NCBI GenBank assembly: GCA_963764625.1
Contig: CAVXTH010000009.1
Span: forward strand, 64,001 to 128,000
Direction: 5' to 3'
Source: Candidatus Krumholzibacteriota bacterium
GTDB taxonomy: Bacteria > Krumholzibacteriota > Krumholzibacteriia > JAJRXK01
DNA: 64,000 bases
Shown: positions 20,376 to 28,730 of the stretch, piece by piece
How positions within the stretch are numbered: the stretch's first letter is position 1
Layout: each line of letters begins with the position of its first letter
Notes under the pieces: model-generated
What the model was told of the DNA's origin: nothing
The model's input: only the letters and a program-made list of their open reading frames with translations
Databases searched by the model: none
Program-made: the position numbers and the translations under genes

Positions 20376-20570
20376 ATGGCGATCTACGAATGCGAAAAGT
20401 GTGGAATGAGCATCGGCACGATGACCTGCGGCAAGTGCGGAAAAGAACTGGTTCACGACACCCTCGCTCTGGATTCGGGCAAAAAGGTCCACATCGCGAA
20501 ATGCCCGGATGGGCACGGGAAGGTCAAATCGCCCCAGTGCTGCGGCGAGGACATGAGCTGCTCGCTCTGA
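20376..20570 (+). CDS. 64-aa Cys-rich metal-binding protein (zinc-ribbon/desulforedoxin-like)
   Basis: GAGGGGAG RBS; MAIYECEKCG...TCGKCG...KCPDGHG...PQCCGEDMSCSL (8 Cys). This is the 3' part of the track ORF 20019..20570. Confidence 0.8.
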   Translation: MAIYECEKCGMSIGTMTCGKCGKELVHDTLALDSGKKVHIAKCPDGHGKVKSPQCCGEDMSCSL

Positions 20571-20667
20571 TTCGCACCAGACGCTGCCTATCCTTATTTA
20601 CAACGAGCCGTCACATCCGCTTTGCCGGATCGTAAGGGCTTCAGACACCGAACGACGAGGAGGTCCC

Positions 20668-21645
20668 ATGTCTGGTTCACTTCGTTCAGCGCTCTGTGCC
20701 CTGTCGACGCTCACGCTCGTTTCCTCGGCCTCGGCCGCCGATCCCACCCAGACGGCGGAGTACACCGTCACCTTCGAGTCGACCTGGAGCGCCCAGACGC
20801 ACCCGGTCGACTATCCCTCCAACTCACACTTTTCCGGGCTCATCGGAACTACCCATGACGCCTCGGTGTCGTTTTGGCAGGGGGGGCAACCGGCGAGCCC
20901 CGGGATCGAGAGCATGGCCGAGACGGGTTCCAAGTCACCGCTGCTCAGCGAGATCGCCACTGCGGTAACCGCTGGCAGCGCGGATGCTCTGATCTCCGGG
21001 GGTGGGATCAACCCCAGTCCGGGTAGCGTCTCGGTCTCGTTTACGGCCGATCTGAACTACCCGCTGGTCTCCCTGGTTTCCATGATCGCTCCCAGCCCCG
21101 ACTGGTTCGTGGGCGTCTCCGGGATGAGCCTCTTGGACAATGGCGACTGGGTAGCAGAGAAAGTCGTCACCCTCTGGCCCTTCGACAGTGGAACGGACAA
21201 CGGCACCACCTATGCGTCCTTCGATTCGGACACCAATCCCCCCGAGCCGATCTACCAGATCATGACCCTGCCGGTGGGAAATGGAGCCCCTCTGGGCACC
21301 TTCACCTTCACCCGAACCGACATTCCGACTGCGGTCGATCCGGATGAGGGCACGACGGGCTCTCGGACCCGGGCCGTTCTCTACCAGAACTCACCGAATC
21401 CCTTCAATCCCTCCACCACGATTCGCTACCACCTGCCCTCGGCCCAAAACGTCCGTGTGGCCGTGTATGACGCGGTCGGACGCGAACTCTTCACCCTTGT
21501 CGACAGGGTCCAGGACGCGGGCACCCACGACGTGCGCTGGAATGGGAGGGATCGCGCCGGAAGGCAGGTGGTCTCGGGCGTCTATTTCTATCAGCTCCGA
21601 GCGGGTTCCCTCGTCGAGCGAAAGCGGATGGTACTCTTGAAGTAA
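20668..21645 (+). CDS. Secreted spondin_N domain protein with FlgD-Ig/T9SS-like CTD
   Basis: 'YTVTFESTWSAQTHP', 'HFSGLIGTTH', 'SLVSMIAPSPDWFVG', 'DSGTDNG'; CTD 'LYQNSPNPFNPSTTIRY...WNGRD...SGVYFYQL...MVLLK'. Confidence 0.9.
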   Translation: MSGSLRSALCALSTLTLVSSASAADPTQTAEYTVTFESTWSAQTHPVDYPSNSHFSGLIGTTHDASVSFWQGGQPASPGIESMAETGSKSPLLSEIATAVTAGSADALISGGGINPSPGSVSVSFTADLNYPLVSLVSMIAPSPDWFVGVSGMSLLDNGDWVAEKVVTLWPFDSGTDNGTTYASFDSDTNPPEPIYQIMTLPVGNGAPLGTFTFTRTDIPTAVDPDEGTTGSRTRAVLYQNSPNPFNPSTTIRYHLPSAQNVRVAVYDAVGRELFTLVDRVQDAGTHDVRWNGRDRAGRQVVSGVYFYQLRAGSLVERKRMVLLK

Positions 21646-21730
21646 CTGGGGCAGGACCGTCTTTGGAGCTATGGAGATCACCACGCCCCAAGTTCGAGTA
21701 CATCTCAGGCAGCTCAGCTGTCAGGTCTAG

Positions 21731-21763
21731 AGAAAGAGCCCCGGGGAATCCCCCCGGGGCTCT
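21731..21763 (-). terminator. Intrinsic terminator of the LacI-TBDR operon, possibly bidirectional
   Basis: AGAGCCCCGGGG-AATCC-CCCCGGGGCTCT 12-bp stem between convergent genes, followed by a short U-rich tail on the minus strand. Confidence 0.75.
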
Positions 21764-21812
21764 ATGTCATCCAACTCATTCCTGAATGAGGCGGAGAGTT
21801 GTTTCGATGCGA

Positions 21813-22631
21813 CTACTGTCCCTTGTAAAGCGACTTGACCTTGCCCCAAGAGGACTCGACCGCGCCGACAATCGCGATGGGCTGGTAAGTAATGTTGGTC
21901 CACTCCACGTGGACACCTGCGTTGGCATTCCCGCCCTGCAGAAACATCTGGCAGTAACCGCCGACCTGAGCATCATTGAGCATGCCCCAGAGGCCGTACG
22001 GGGGATCCTCGGCAGTATTGCCCTCGTCGAAGGCGAGGGGTCCGCTGCTGTACATCGTCCCATTGTAGTCGACGGTATAGGTGATATCTGCAGGGTCAGT
22101 CATGGAGTTAGCGTGAGGTTGGTAGATGACCCCAATGTGAATCACGTCGCCCGCGGTATAGACCACACCTTGGCTCGCGGTGAACGAATAGAAAGGAAGT
22201 CGTCCACCAAAGCAGGCGATTTCCCCATCCGTAGACCGGACATTGAAGCGGCCATCAATATCTTGAGACCACCAGGGCGCTACCGAAAGACCAGCCTCAC
22301 CACCAGTTCCCGAGATCATCAGGTCCGCACCGAAGCTGAACGCAGCATCGTTGTCGAAGTTGACCGCGGTGCTACCGTCCTCCGAGAACCTCCAGTTGTG
22401 CAGGTTAGCGAAACCGCCACATTCGAGATCCTGGTCATCGATCACGATCGACGCAGGATAGGTGTTGCTAGTGGTTAGGATTGAGGTGGGGCAATCATTG
22501 AAGATGCGTGTCTTCAAGACTGCGCTCGTGGGGTTGGGGGTCGCGGCTGAGGCCACCGTTACGAAAACGGTGAGCGACAATGCCACGATCATGAAGCACT
22601 GCGTCCACTTCCCATATCCGTTAAGTCTCAT
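21813..22631 (-). CDS. Secreted beta-rich protein (possible glycan-binding) with C-terminal 'SSWGKVKSLY' tail
   Basis: Start moved to ATG 22631 (TAGGAGGA RBS); signal peptide ending ASA; 'RIFNDCPTS', 'GFANLHNWRFSEDG', 'GEIACFGGRLPFYSF'. Confidence 0.75.
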   Translation of the reverse strand: MRLNGYGKWTQCFMIVALSLTVFVTVASAATPNPTSAVLKTRIFNDCPTSILTTSNTYPASIVIDDQDLECGGFANLHNWRFSEDGSTAVNFDNDAAFSFGADLMISGTGGEAGLSVAPWWSQDIDGRFNVRSTDGEIACFGGRLPFYSFTASQGVVYTAGDVIHIGVIYQPHANSMTDPADITYTVDYNGTMYSSGPLAFDEGNTAEDPPYGLWGMLNDAQVGGYCQMFLQGGNANAGVHVEWTNITYQPIAIVGAVESSWGKVKSLYKGQ

Positions 22632-22718
22632 TCTAGCTGTCCTCCTAAAGAGTTGCGATTCAGATCGACTATGCGGCTTAGGACCCGGCGGCGTGTGAGC
22701 CCGCATACACATAGTCGA

Positions 22719-22727
22719 AGTATACCA
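22719..22727 (-). promoter_or_regulatory. Possible extended -10 internal promoter
   Basis: TGGTATACT (TGn-TATACT) about 90 bp upstream of ATG 22631. Confidence 0.35.
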
Positions 22728-22742
22728 CATTTGGGTCCTGCT

Positions 22743-24389
22743 CTACCTCATCAAGACACACCGCCTTCCTACACGCTCGTCATTGGATTCCAACGTGTAG
22801 AAATACACACCACCTGGAAGATCGTGCAGATCCATGAGGATCTGGTGATTCCCGGCGGATTGAACTCGATTTACCATGCTCCGCACTCGACGTCCTCTCA
22901 CATCATAGACCGAAAGGGCCACCCGCCCGGCCTGGGGCAGGCTGTACGAGATCATGGAGGGCCCCGCAAAGGGGTTTGGAATATTCTGATTCAAGACGAT
23001 GGCGCTCACTCCCAGCCTGGTTGCTTCGGGAGCCGCAGTGGCTGGAGTGAATGTTGCGACTTCGAGGCCACGTTGCACGTCAGCGTTCTGCATGAATCGG
23101 GACCACACCGAACCGTTTAGGTAGTTCTCGATCATGATCACGATCGGACCTTCGTCGATTCCCAGATAGTCGGTGGCCCACCATCCTTGGGTGAGATTGA
23201 AGGCATCCTTGAAGCCATACACCGACCAAAGGTCGGCATACAAGTTGTCGTACATGTAGTGGAGCGTGGGAATCACGATCTCCGGTGCGAACGCGATGGA
23301 GGAAGCTGCGGCGGTCGGAGAGATCGTGCCGTTGTCGCTCTGAGCGGGAGGGGCACCGTGGGCCAGATATCCGCCAGGGTCGTCCGATGCAGTCAAGCCC
23401 CACAGGAGATCCCCGTATCCAAGCCAGCCTAAGGGGTTGTCGACGCAGTACGCGTGGGCTGCAAGGGTGGCTTTGCGAGAGTTTTCGAAATAGGTGCTCG
23501 CCTTGCTCCGCATGTATACGTCTTGGATCCCTCGATAATCGATCCAGCAGTGCGAGTACTGGTGCCCGAAGAGGGGCGGAAAGACAAGGTATTGGTACCC
23601 GTATTGGGTTGACCAATTGTAACCGCTAGTCCAAGTGAACCAGGTGCTGGAATTAACGGGATGGGTGGGGGAGCCCAGGGCGAGGATGTAGAGGATCATC
23701 GCCTCGTTATAACCTACCCAGGTGCCGAAGGACGTGAACCCCCCCTCGGGATTCCAGCCCATGCGGATTCCCACACCGTTGGCCCGCATGAATTCCCAAT
23801 CGACTCTCTGGTAGAGCGAGTCCGCAAGATCCCGAACCTGTATGTCGAGTGTTTCGGTCGTATCGAAATACTGTTTGGCGTCCAGCACACCCGCCATCAA
23901 GAGAGCGGTGTCGATGGTCGAAAGTTCACTGCTCCAAACACGCGCCCCGGTATTCATGTCCAGGAAGTGATAGAAGAGGCCCTTGTATCCCATCATTCCC
24001 GAACTCGCCGTGCCCTGCGGACCATTCCAGAAGGTCTGAAGCGTGGTCAACACCCGATCACGGCCGTCCGCGCGGCTTACCCATCCATGGTCGATGCCAA
24101 TTGTAATCGCAGTGAGGCCAAAACCTACGGAAGCGATGCTGGCCGGCGACCCACTGGTAGAGCGATCCTTCACCAGACCGTTGCTGGGATTGGCTTCGTT
24201 CCAAAAATAGTCGAAGGCCCCGTGCTGCACTTCATCCAGAAGCTGTTCGGTGGTCAGTGCCAAGGCTGAAGAGCAGCTCGCGAGTACCACTAGGACCACG
24301 AGAGAGAGCAGGGCTCCAAATCGTAGCGATGCGAGGGCGAACTGCGAGGTCTTGGATGTTCTGTTCATGATGATCCTCTCGATGCCCAC
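22743..24389 (-). CDS. GH144-like (glucoamylase/DUF3131) beta-1,2-glucanase with T9SS-like CTD
   Basis: 'AFDYFWNEANPSNGLVKDR', 'SIASVGFGL', 'GLFYHFLD', 'ELSTIDTALL', 'GYNEAMILY', 'PLFGHQYSH', 'WGLTASDDP', 'LGIDEGP'; CTD 'LNQNIPNPF...YDVRGRRV...GVYFY'. Confidence 0.85.
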   Translation of the reverse strand: MGIERIIMNRTSKTSQFALASLRFGALLSLVVLVVLASCSSALALTTEQLLDEVQHGAFDYFWNEANPSNGLVKDRSTSGSPASIASVGFGLTAITIGIDHGWVSRADGRDRVLTTLQTFWNGPQGTASSGMMGYKGLFYHFLDMNTGARVWSSELSTIDTALLMAGVLDAKQYFDTTETLDIQVRDLADSLYQRVDWEFMRANGVGIRMGWNPEGGFTSFGTWVGYNEAMILYILALGSPTHPVNSSTWFTWTSGYNWSTQYGYQYLVFPPLFGHQYSHCWIDYRGIQDVYMRSKASTYFENSRKATLAAHAYCVDNPLGWLGYGDLLWGLTASDDPGGYLAHGAPPAQSDNGTISPTAAASSIAFAPEIVIPTLHYMYDNLYADLWSVYGFKDAFNLTQGWWATDYLGIDEGPIVIMIENYLNGSVWSRFMQNADVQRGLEVATFTPATAAPEATRLGVSAIVLNQNIPNPFAGPSMISYSLPQAGRVALSVYDVRGRRVRSMVNRVQSAGNHQILMDLHDLPGGVYFYTLESNDERVGRRCVLMR

Positions 24390-25411
24390 TAGAAGTTAAC
24401 TCCCATACTCACCCGATGAGTGCCCCCGAGGTACTCGTGGCCGGCCCACGCATAGTCCAAGCGAAACTCAGAGTCACCAAGTGAACCCATCAGACCGAAG
24501 CCCAGCGTGAGTCCCAGATAGGTGTCCTCTTGGAAGAGGGTTTGATAGCCGGCCCTCAAGGCCAATCGCTGCATCCACTCCAGCTCTACGCCCAGGTTGA
24601 TCGTTTCCGTGTTGTCGCTGGGGTGGAGCGCGTCGAGACTCAGGGTCATGAGGGTGGCATCGCTGAGCTTCAGCGGTTGACTCATGCCAACACGGAAGAG
24701 CACTGGGACCGGGAAGCTTCCCGTCCACTGCGAGGCGGGAAGCGTGCCGTTGTCGCCGTTAGTGTTCGGATTGGCATCGTACTGGATACTCAAGTCCCTT
24801 CCAGAGTACGAGCCCTTGGTCCCAAAATTCAAAAGAGCGAAGCCGAGGCGTAGATCGTTGTCTGTGAGCCGATACACCGTTCCCAGGCCGAATGTCAGCA
24901 CTGTCACCGAGCTATTCCAAATGCGCTCCGTCACGTAATTCACTTGGAGTCCCACGACGAATCTCTGGGTCACCTGCTTGCCAAAGCCGATGGTCAGGCC
25001 GGTATCTCCGACCGAGTAGCGCTCGCCAGTGCCCAGGGGCTTGTCCACCGTGCGAACATCGATGTCGCCCGAATTCAGCGATGTGACACTGCCGAAGAGT
25101 GTTCCAAATCCTGAGATGGGGAACGCGACTGCTGCGTAATTATAATTGATATCGGCAAACCACTCGCTGTGTGTGAAATGGACCACCGGTTCCGAGATCT
25201 CACCGATGGCGCCAGGATTGAAATACGCCGACTGGATGTCGCCAGATACCGCGGCTCCCGCGTTTCCCATTGCGGCGAGCCGCGCCCCAGGCTCGATGTT
25301 CATGAACTGACCAATTGAAGTCCCCGTCTTGGACTGTGCGTGTACAGAACGTACCCCGCCAAGCGCGAGCGCCAACACCAGAATCACCAACAATCGATCT
25401 GCCCTCTTCAT
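24389..25411 (-). CDS. PorV/PorQ family outer-membrane protein
   Basis: 'KTGTSIGQFMNIEPGARLAAMGNA', 'SAYFNPG', 'HSEWFADINY', 'LALRAGY', 'LDYAW...LGGTHRVSMGVNF'. Confidence 0.88.
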   Translation of the reverse strand: MKRADRLLVILVLALALGGVRSVHAQSKTGTSIGQFMNIEPGARLAAMGNAGAAVSGDIQSAYFNPGAIGEISEPVVHFTHSEWFADINYNYAAVAFPISGFGTLFGSVTSLNSGDIDVRTVDKPLGTGERYSVGDTGLTIGFGKQVTQRFVVGLQVNYVTERIWNSSVTVLTFGLGTVYRLTDNDLRLGFALLNFGTKGSYSGRDLSIQYDANPNTNGDNGTLPASQWTGSFPVPVLFRVGMSQPLKLSDATLMTLSLDALHPSDNTETINLGVELEWMQRLALRAGYQTLFQEDTYLGLTLGFGLMGSLGDSEFRLDYAWAGHEYLGGTHRVSMGVNF

Positions 25412-25424
25412 CGGACCCTCTTCA

Positions 25425-28400
25425 TCATTTTATGATGGCAAATTTGCCGATACTCGAGCCGAGATTTCCGCCATCCACGTGATAGACGTAGAGGCCGGGC
25501 GCGACGTCCAGGTTGTCCTTTGTCCGGAGATTCCAGGCCACATAGCCCGCATCCGAACCATCCTGCGTGAGCGTTTGCACGAGTTCCCCTCTCACCGTAA
25601 AAATCCTGATGGTGCAGTTAATGGGTACTCCCCTGAATTCGATCCTACGTTCGCCTCTGCCCGATACGTTGAAGCGCCCAGGTTCGAAACTGGCAGAGCC
25701 TATGTACGGATTCGGCACGACGTAGGGTTGGAACTCCGCCTTTGCTTTCTCCGAATTGAGATCCACAACCTTGCCCTTGGTGGTGAACACGAAAGCGTCG
25801 TCCGCCGCCAAGGGGCGATCGAGGACCAGCTCGAAAACATCCCCTTCTCCGGGTGGTCGTGTCGGAGCGGTCGCATCGACGGGCAGCTCCAATCTCCAGG
25901 TGGGGATCGGCGTGGCACCCACATAGGTGATGACGTCGATCACCTCGTTGGGTTGCGAGAGCGTTCCATCCAGAGCGCCCAAGTCGCGGAATCGAAAGTC
26001 CATCTCCCGCTCACCATCCGGCCCACGCGCGAATACTTTGAATTTCGCGGGGCGTGGAGCGAAGGGGAAGAGGGCCAATGAGGTGTCAATGACGCTGTCA
26101 GAGAATCTCACGACGATATCATCGGGGAAGCCCGGTCGCTTCAGATTGATCGGGGCCGCGATCTGATAGCTTGTCATGAGCTGCGCATCCGTGTCGGAAC
26201 TGTCGGTGAATCCGGTGCGCGCGCTATCGATCTCGACCGTGGAGAGGGTACTGATCACTGGGAGTAAGCCCTGGGCTACCGGACCGGAGCCCTCACCGGA
26301 AAAGTCGACCCCCCCCTCGAACAGGATTTTGTGACCAGTGCTATCGATCAGCGCATAGGAGGTCGCACGTAGACTGTCCACAGACGGTGTAGCAAAACTG
26401 ATCTTGTAGGTATTGCCATCCGGGACGAGGTTCGAATTGACGACTTCGACTCTGACCTCGGCTACCCCGATGCCCTGGGAGTGCTCGATCCCCGAGGTCT
26501 CGGCGGGCTCGTAGCCGGCGGATTTGGGATTGGGGCGTATGCGGATGACGTTATCAGCGAGAATGTACTCACCGCGCCTCGTGCGCGATCCGAGTATCGG
26601 GCTCTCTGAGGGGTAGAAATCGAGCTTATCCGAGCCGTGATCAAAGGAAGCGATTGCGTAGAAGTATTCCTGTCCATTCGTGACTGTCGTATCAGTCCAT
26701 GTGTGTTGCAGGCCAGTATCGTTTCCCAGATAGTAAGCGACTCCATCCACAATCTGTGTCGAGAAGCCTCTGCGCCCGTTCTTGAGGTCAAAGATTTTTT
26801 CCGGTTGCCCGTTTCCTACGAAATCGGTGCCAGTAGCATTGGTGATGACTTTGGGATCAAGGAAGTTCAAGTCGGTCGAGCGGTAGATGCGATATCCCTC
26901 GAAGTCGAACTCTCCAGTAACGGGATCCGCGGAGCCCTCCGCTTTGTTGTTCCAGGAAAGGCGCACGTAGCCATCTCCAGCCTCTGCGGTGAGAGTGGGC
27001 AGGGGCGGAGGAACCGCGAAGCGGTAGTTGGCGTCGTAAATCTGCTGGACCGTTTTCACCGTCCCGCGCAGTTCTTCCAGGTTGGCTCCATACGCCAAGG
27101 CCAAGCTAAATCGCTCCGTCTTGCCTGCCTTGAGCTTGAACGGACCCGAGGCGAAGAGGAAGCCGATGTTGTAGTTCGAGGCAATCGGATCACCGAAGCG
27201 TACGGAAGGGTCGGGATCGCTGAATTGTTCGTAGAGGCGTTGGGGCCAATTCGCCGGCGTCGTGAAAAACAGAATGTCATCGACCGTCTGATCGGGATTA
27301 CCCTGTCCGGGCCGAATCCGGTTGATCTTGAATCCGGTGAGACCAATCTGATCTGACTCGTTGAGATCTAGCGCGTCGAAGTTGGGCTCGCCAGAAGTAG
27401 GTATGCCATCGCCTTCTCCGGTATCTCCGCTATCGGGAATGCCATCGACTCCGACATCTTGCAACTCGACGGTCCAGTCCATGTCCTCGTCGCCGGTCCA
27501 CCAGTGTTCGAGTCGATACGCAGGCAGGTCCTCGAGTGGCCCATAAGTGGCGACGAAACGGTCCAGATCGTAGTGCGAGGCCAGATAGGCGTCGATGGCT
27601 GCCTTTCCCTCCAACAATTCGCCTGGCCCTGAATCACGGGCTTCGTCCGTGATTCCGTCTTCGTCGTTATCGATTCCGTCGGTTGATTCACCAGGCGTCT
27701 CCAGATATGCGTACCCCAGGTAGCCGGTTTTGGCGCACGACGAGTTTAGATCTCTTCCGTGGCCATAACGATCCCAAGTGTAGACGAGGTTGAGAACATC
27801 CTTGTTGAAGGTCCGGTCAAAGAAAGCGTTGTCATCGTCGGATTCGAAGATTCCGTCGCAAGATAAGGCCGAACCTCCCACTCCTGAATCCATGTACAAG
27901 CCGAAGATGATGTTGTCGTCGTAGTCGGTGGTTCCCTCGTTGGTGATGTCATAGACCCAGAAGATCACGTTGCGCGCCTGCGGATTCGCCCATTGGAATC
28001 CATGCACTTCGATCCGTAATCCGAGTCCCTTTCGTGTCGAATCCCGGCTGTCCGGATAGAAATCCCATGCGTCGTAGTACTGGTCGTCGAGCACGAAGTA
28101 CGACTCTTGATCCGCGACGATTTGCTTCCCGAAGTAGCCGTTCCAGGAACCGGACCACCCCGGATCGTCAGGATCGTTGATACGGTCGGGCCAAACATCA
28201 GGCCAGGTTCGCGGGTCATTACTGATGGCCGGGGATCGTCCGACATTTCGGCTGGATTGGAGCTGCAAGTAGCCGGGACGGGGCTCGAAGCGCATGACCC
28301 GGTTGAAATACGGGCTATTTCCCTGCCTCTCACGGTACCCCGTCTCCATGACATACGCTTCGCTCCCATCGGTCTGCGTGATCTTCGCGAGAACGAAGGG

Positions 28401-28730
28401 GGTGATCCCATCGCTGTAGTTCATTCCAGACCCTTTGGGAGCCTCGGCAGAATGGAATACGCTCAAGTCCACGTTCACGGGATCGATCGGGTAGTCTCCC
28501 ACCATTCCGTAATTCCAAAATATCGTACGGATATTGCTGGCATCGTGAAGACCAGACCGTTCGGCGTCCTTGGTGCCTCTTTCCGCGAATGGAACCGGCG
28601 TTGGAACATCAGCTAGGGCATAAGCACTGAAAAGGATCGCGCAGATCAGCATCAGTCCGGCCGCCAGAGTGGGTCTGCCAGGTCTACTCGATCGCCGATC
28701 ATCGATTCCACGTCGCTGATTCATCACCAA
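25425..28730 (-). CDS. Large (1101-aa) secreted TBDR-partner protein with FN3-like domain, Ca-binding motifs and a variant CTD
   Basis: Signal peptide; 'DGIDNDEDGITDE', 'DVGVDGIPDSGDTGEGDG', 'DFEGYRIYRS', 'NGQEYFYAIASFD'; C-terminus 'VVPNPY...RRIEF...CTIRIFTVRGELV...WNLRTKDNLDVAPGLYVYHV...GKFAIIK'. Confidence 0.8.
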   Translation of the reverse strand: MVMNQRRGIDDRRSSRPGRPTLAAGLMLICAILFSAYALADVPTPVPFAERGTKDAERSGLHDASNIRTIFWNYGMVGDYPIDPVNVDLSVFHSAEAPKGSGMNYSDGITPFVLAKITQTDGSEAYVMETGYRERQGNSPYFNRVMRFEPRPGYLQLQSSRNVGRSPAISNDPRTWPDVWPDRINDPDDPGWSGSWNGYFGKQIVADQESYFVLDDQYYDAWDFYPDSRDSTRKGLGLRIEVHGFQWANPQARNVIFWVYDITNEGTTDYDDNIIFGLYMDSGVGGSALSCDGIFESDDDNAFFDRTFNKDVLNLVYTWDRYGHGRDLNSSCAKTGYLGYAYLETPGESTDGIDNDEDGITDEARDSGPGELLEGKAAIDAYLASHYDLDRFVATYGPLEDLPAYRLEHWWTGDEDMDWTVELQDVGVDGIPDSGDTGEGDGIPTSGEPNFDALDLNESDQIGLTGFKINRIRPGQGNPDQTVDDILFFTTPANWPQRLYEQFSDPDPSVRFGDPIASNYNIGFLFASGPFKLKAGKTERFSLALAYGANLEELRGTVKTVQQIYDANYRFAVPPPLPTLTAEAGDGYVRLSWNNKAEGSADPVTGEFDFEGYRIYRSTDLNFLDPKVITNATGTDFVGNGQPEKIFDLKNGRRGFSTQIVDGVAYYLGNDTGLQHTWTDTTVTNGQEYFYAIASFDHGSDKLDFYPSESPILGSRTRRGEYILADNVIRIRPNPKSAGYEPAETSGIEHSQGIGVAEVRVEVVNSNLVPDGNTYKISFATPSVDSLRATSYALIDSTGHKILFEGGVDFSGEGSGPVAQGLLPVISTLSTVEIDSARTGFTDSSDTDAQLMTSYQIAAPINLKRPGFPDDIVVRFSDSVIDTSLALFPFAPRPAKFKVFARGPDGEREMDFRFRDLGALDGTLSQPNEVIDVITYVGATPIPTWRLELPVDATAPTRPPGEGDVFELVLDRPLAADDAFVFTTKGKVVDLNSEKAKAEFQPYVVPNPYIGSASFEPGRFNVSGRGERRIEFRGVPINCTIRIFTVRGELVQTLTQDGSDAGYVAWNLRTKDNLDVAPGLYVYHVDGGNLGSSIGKFAIIK

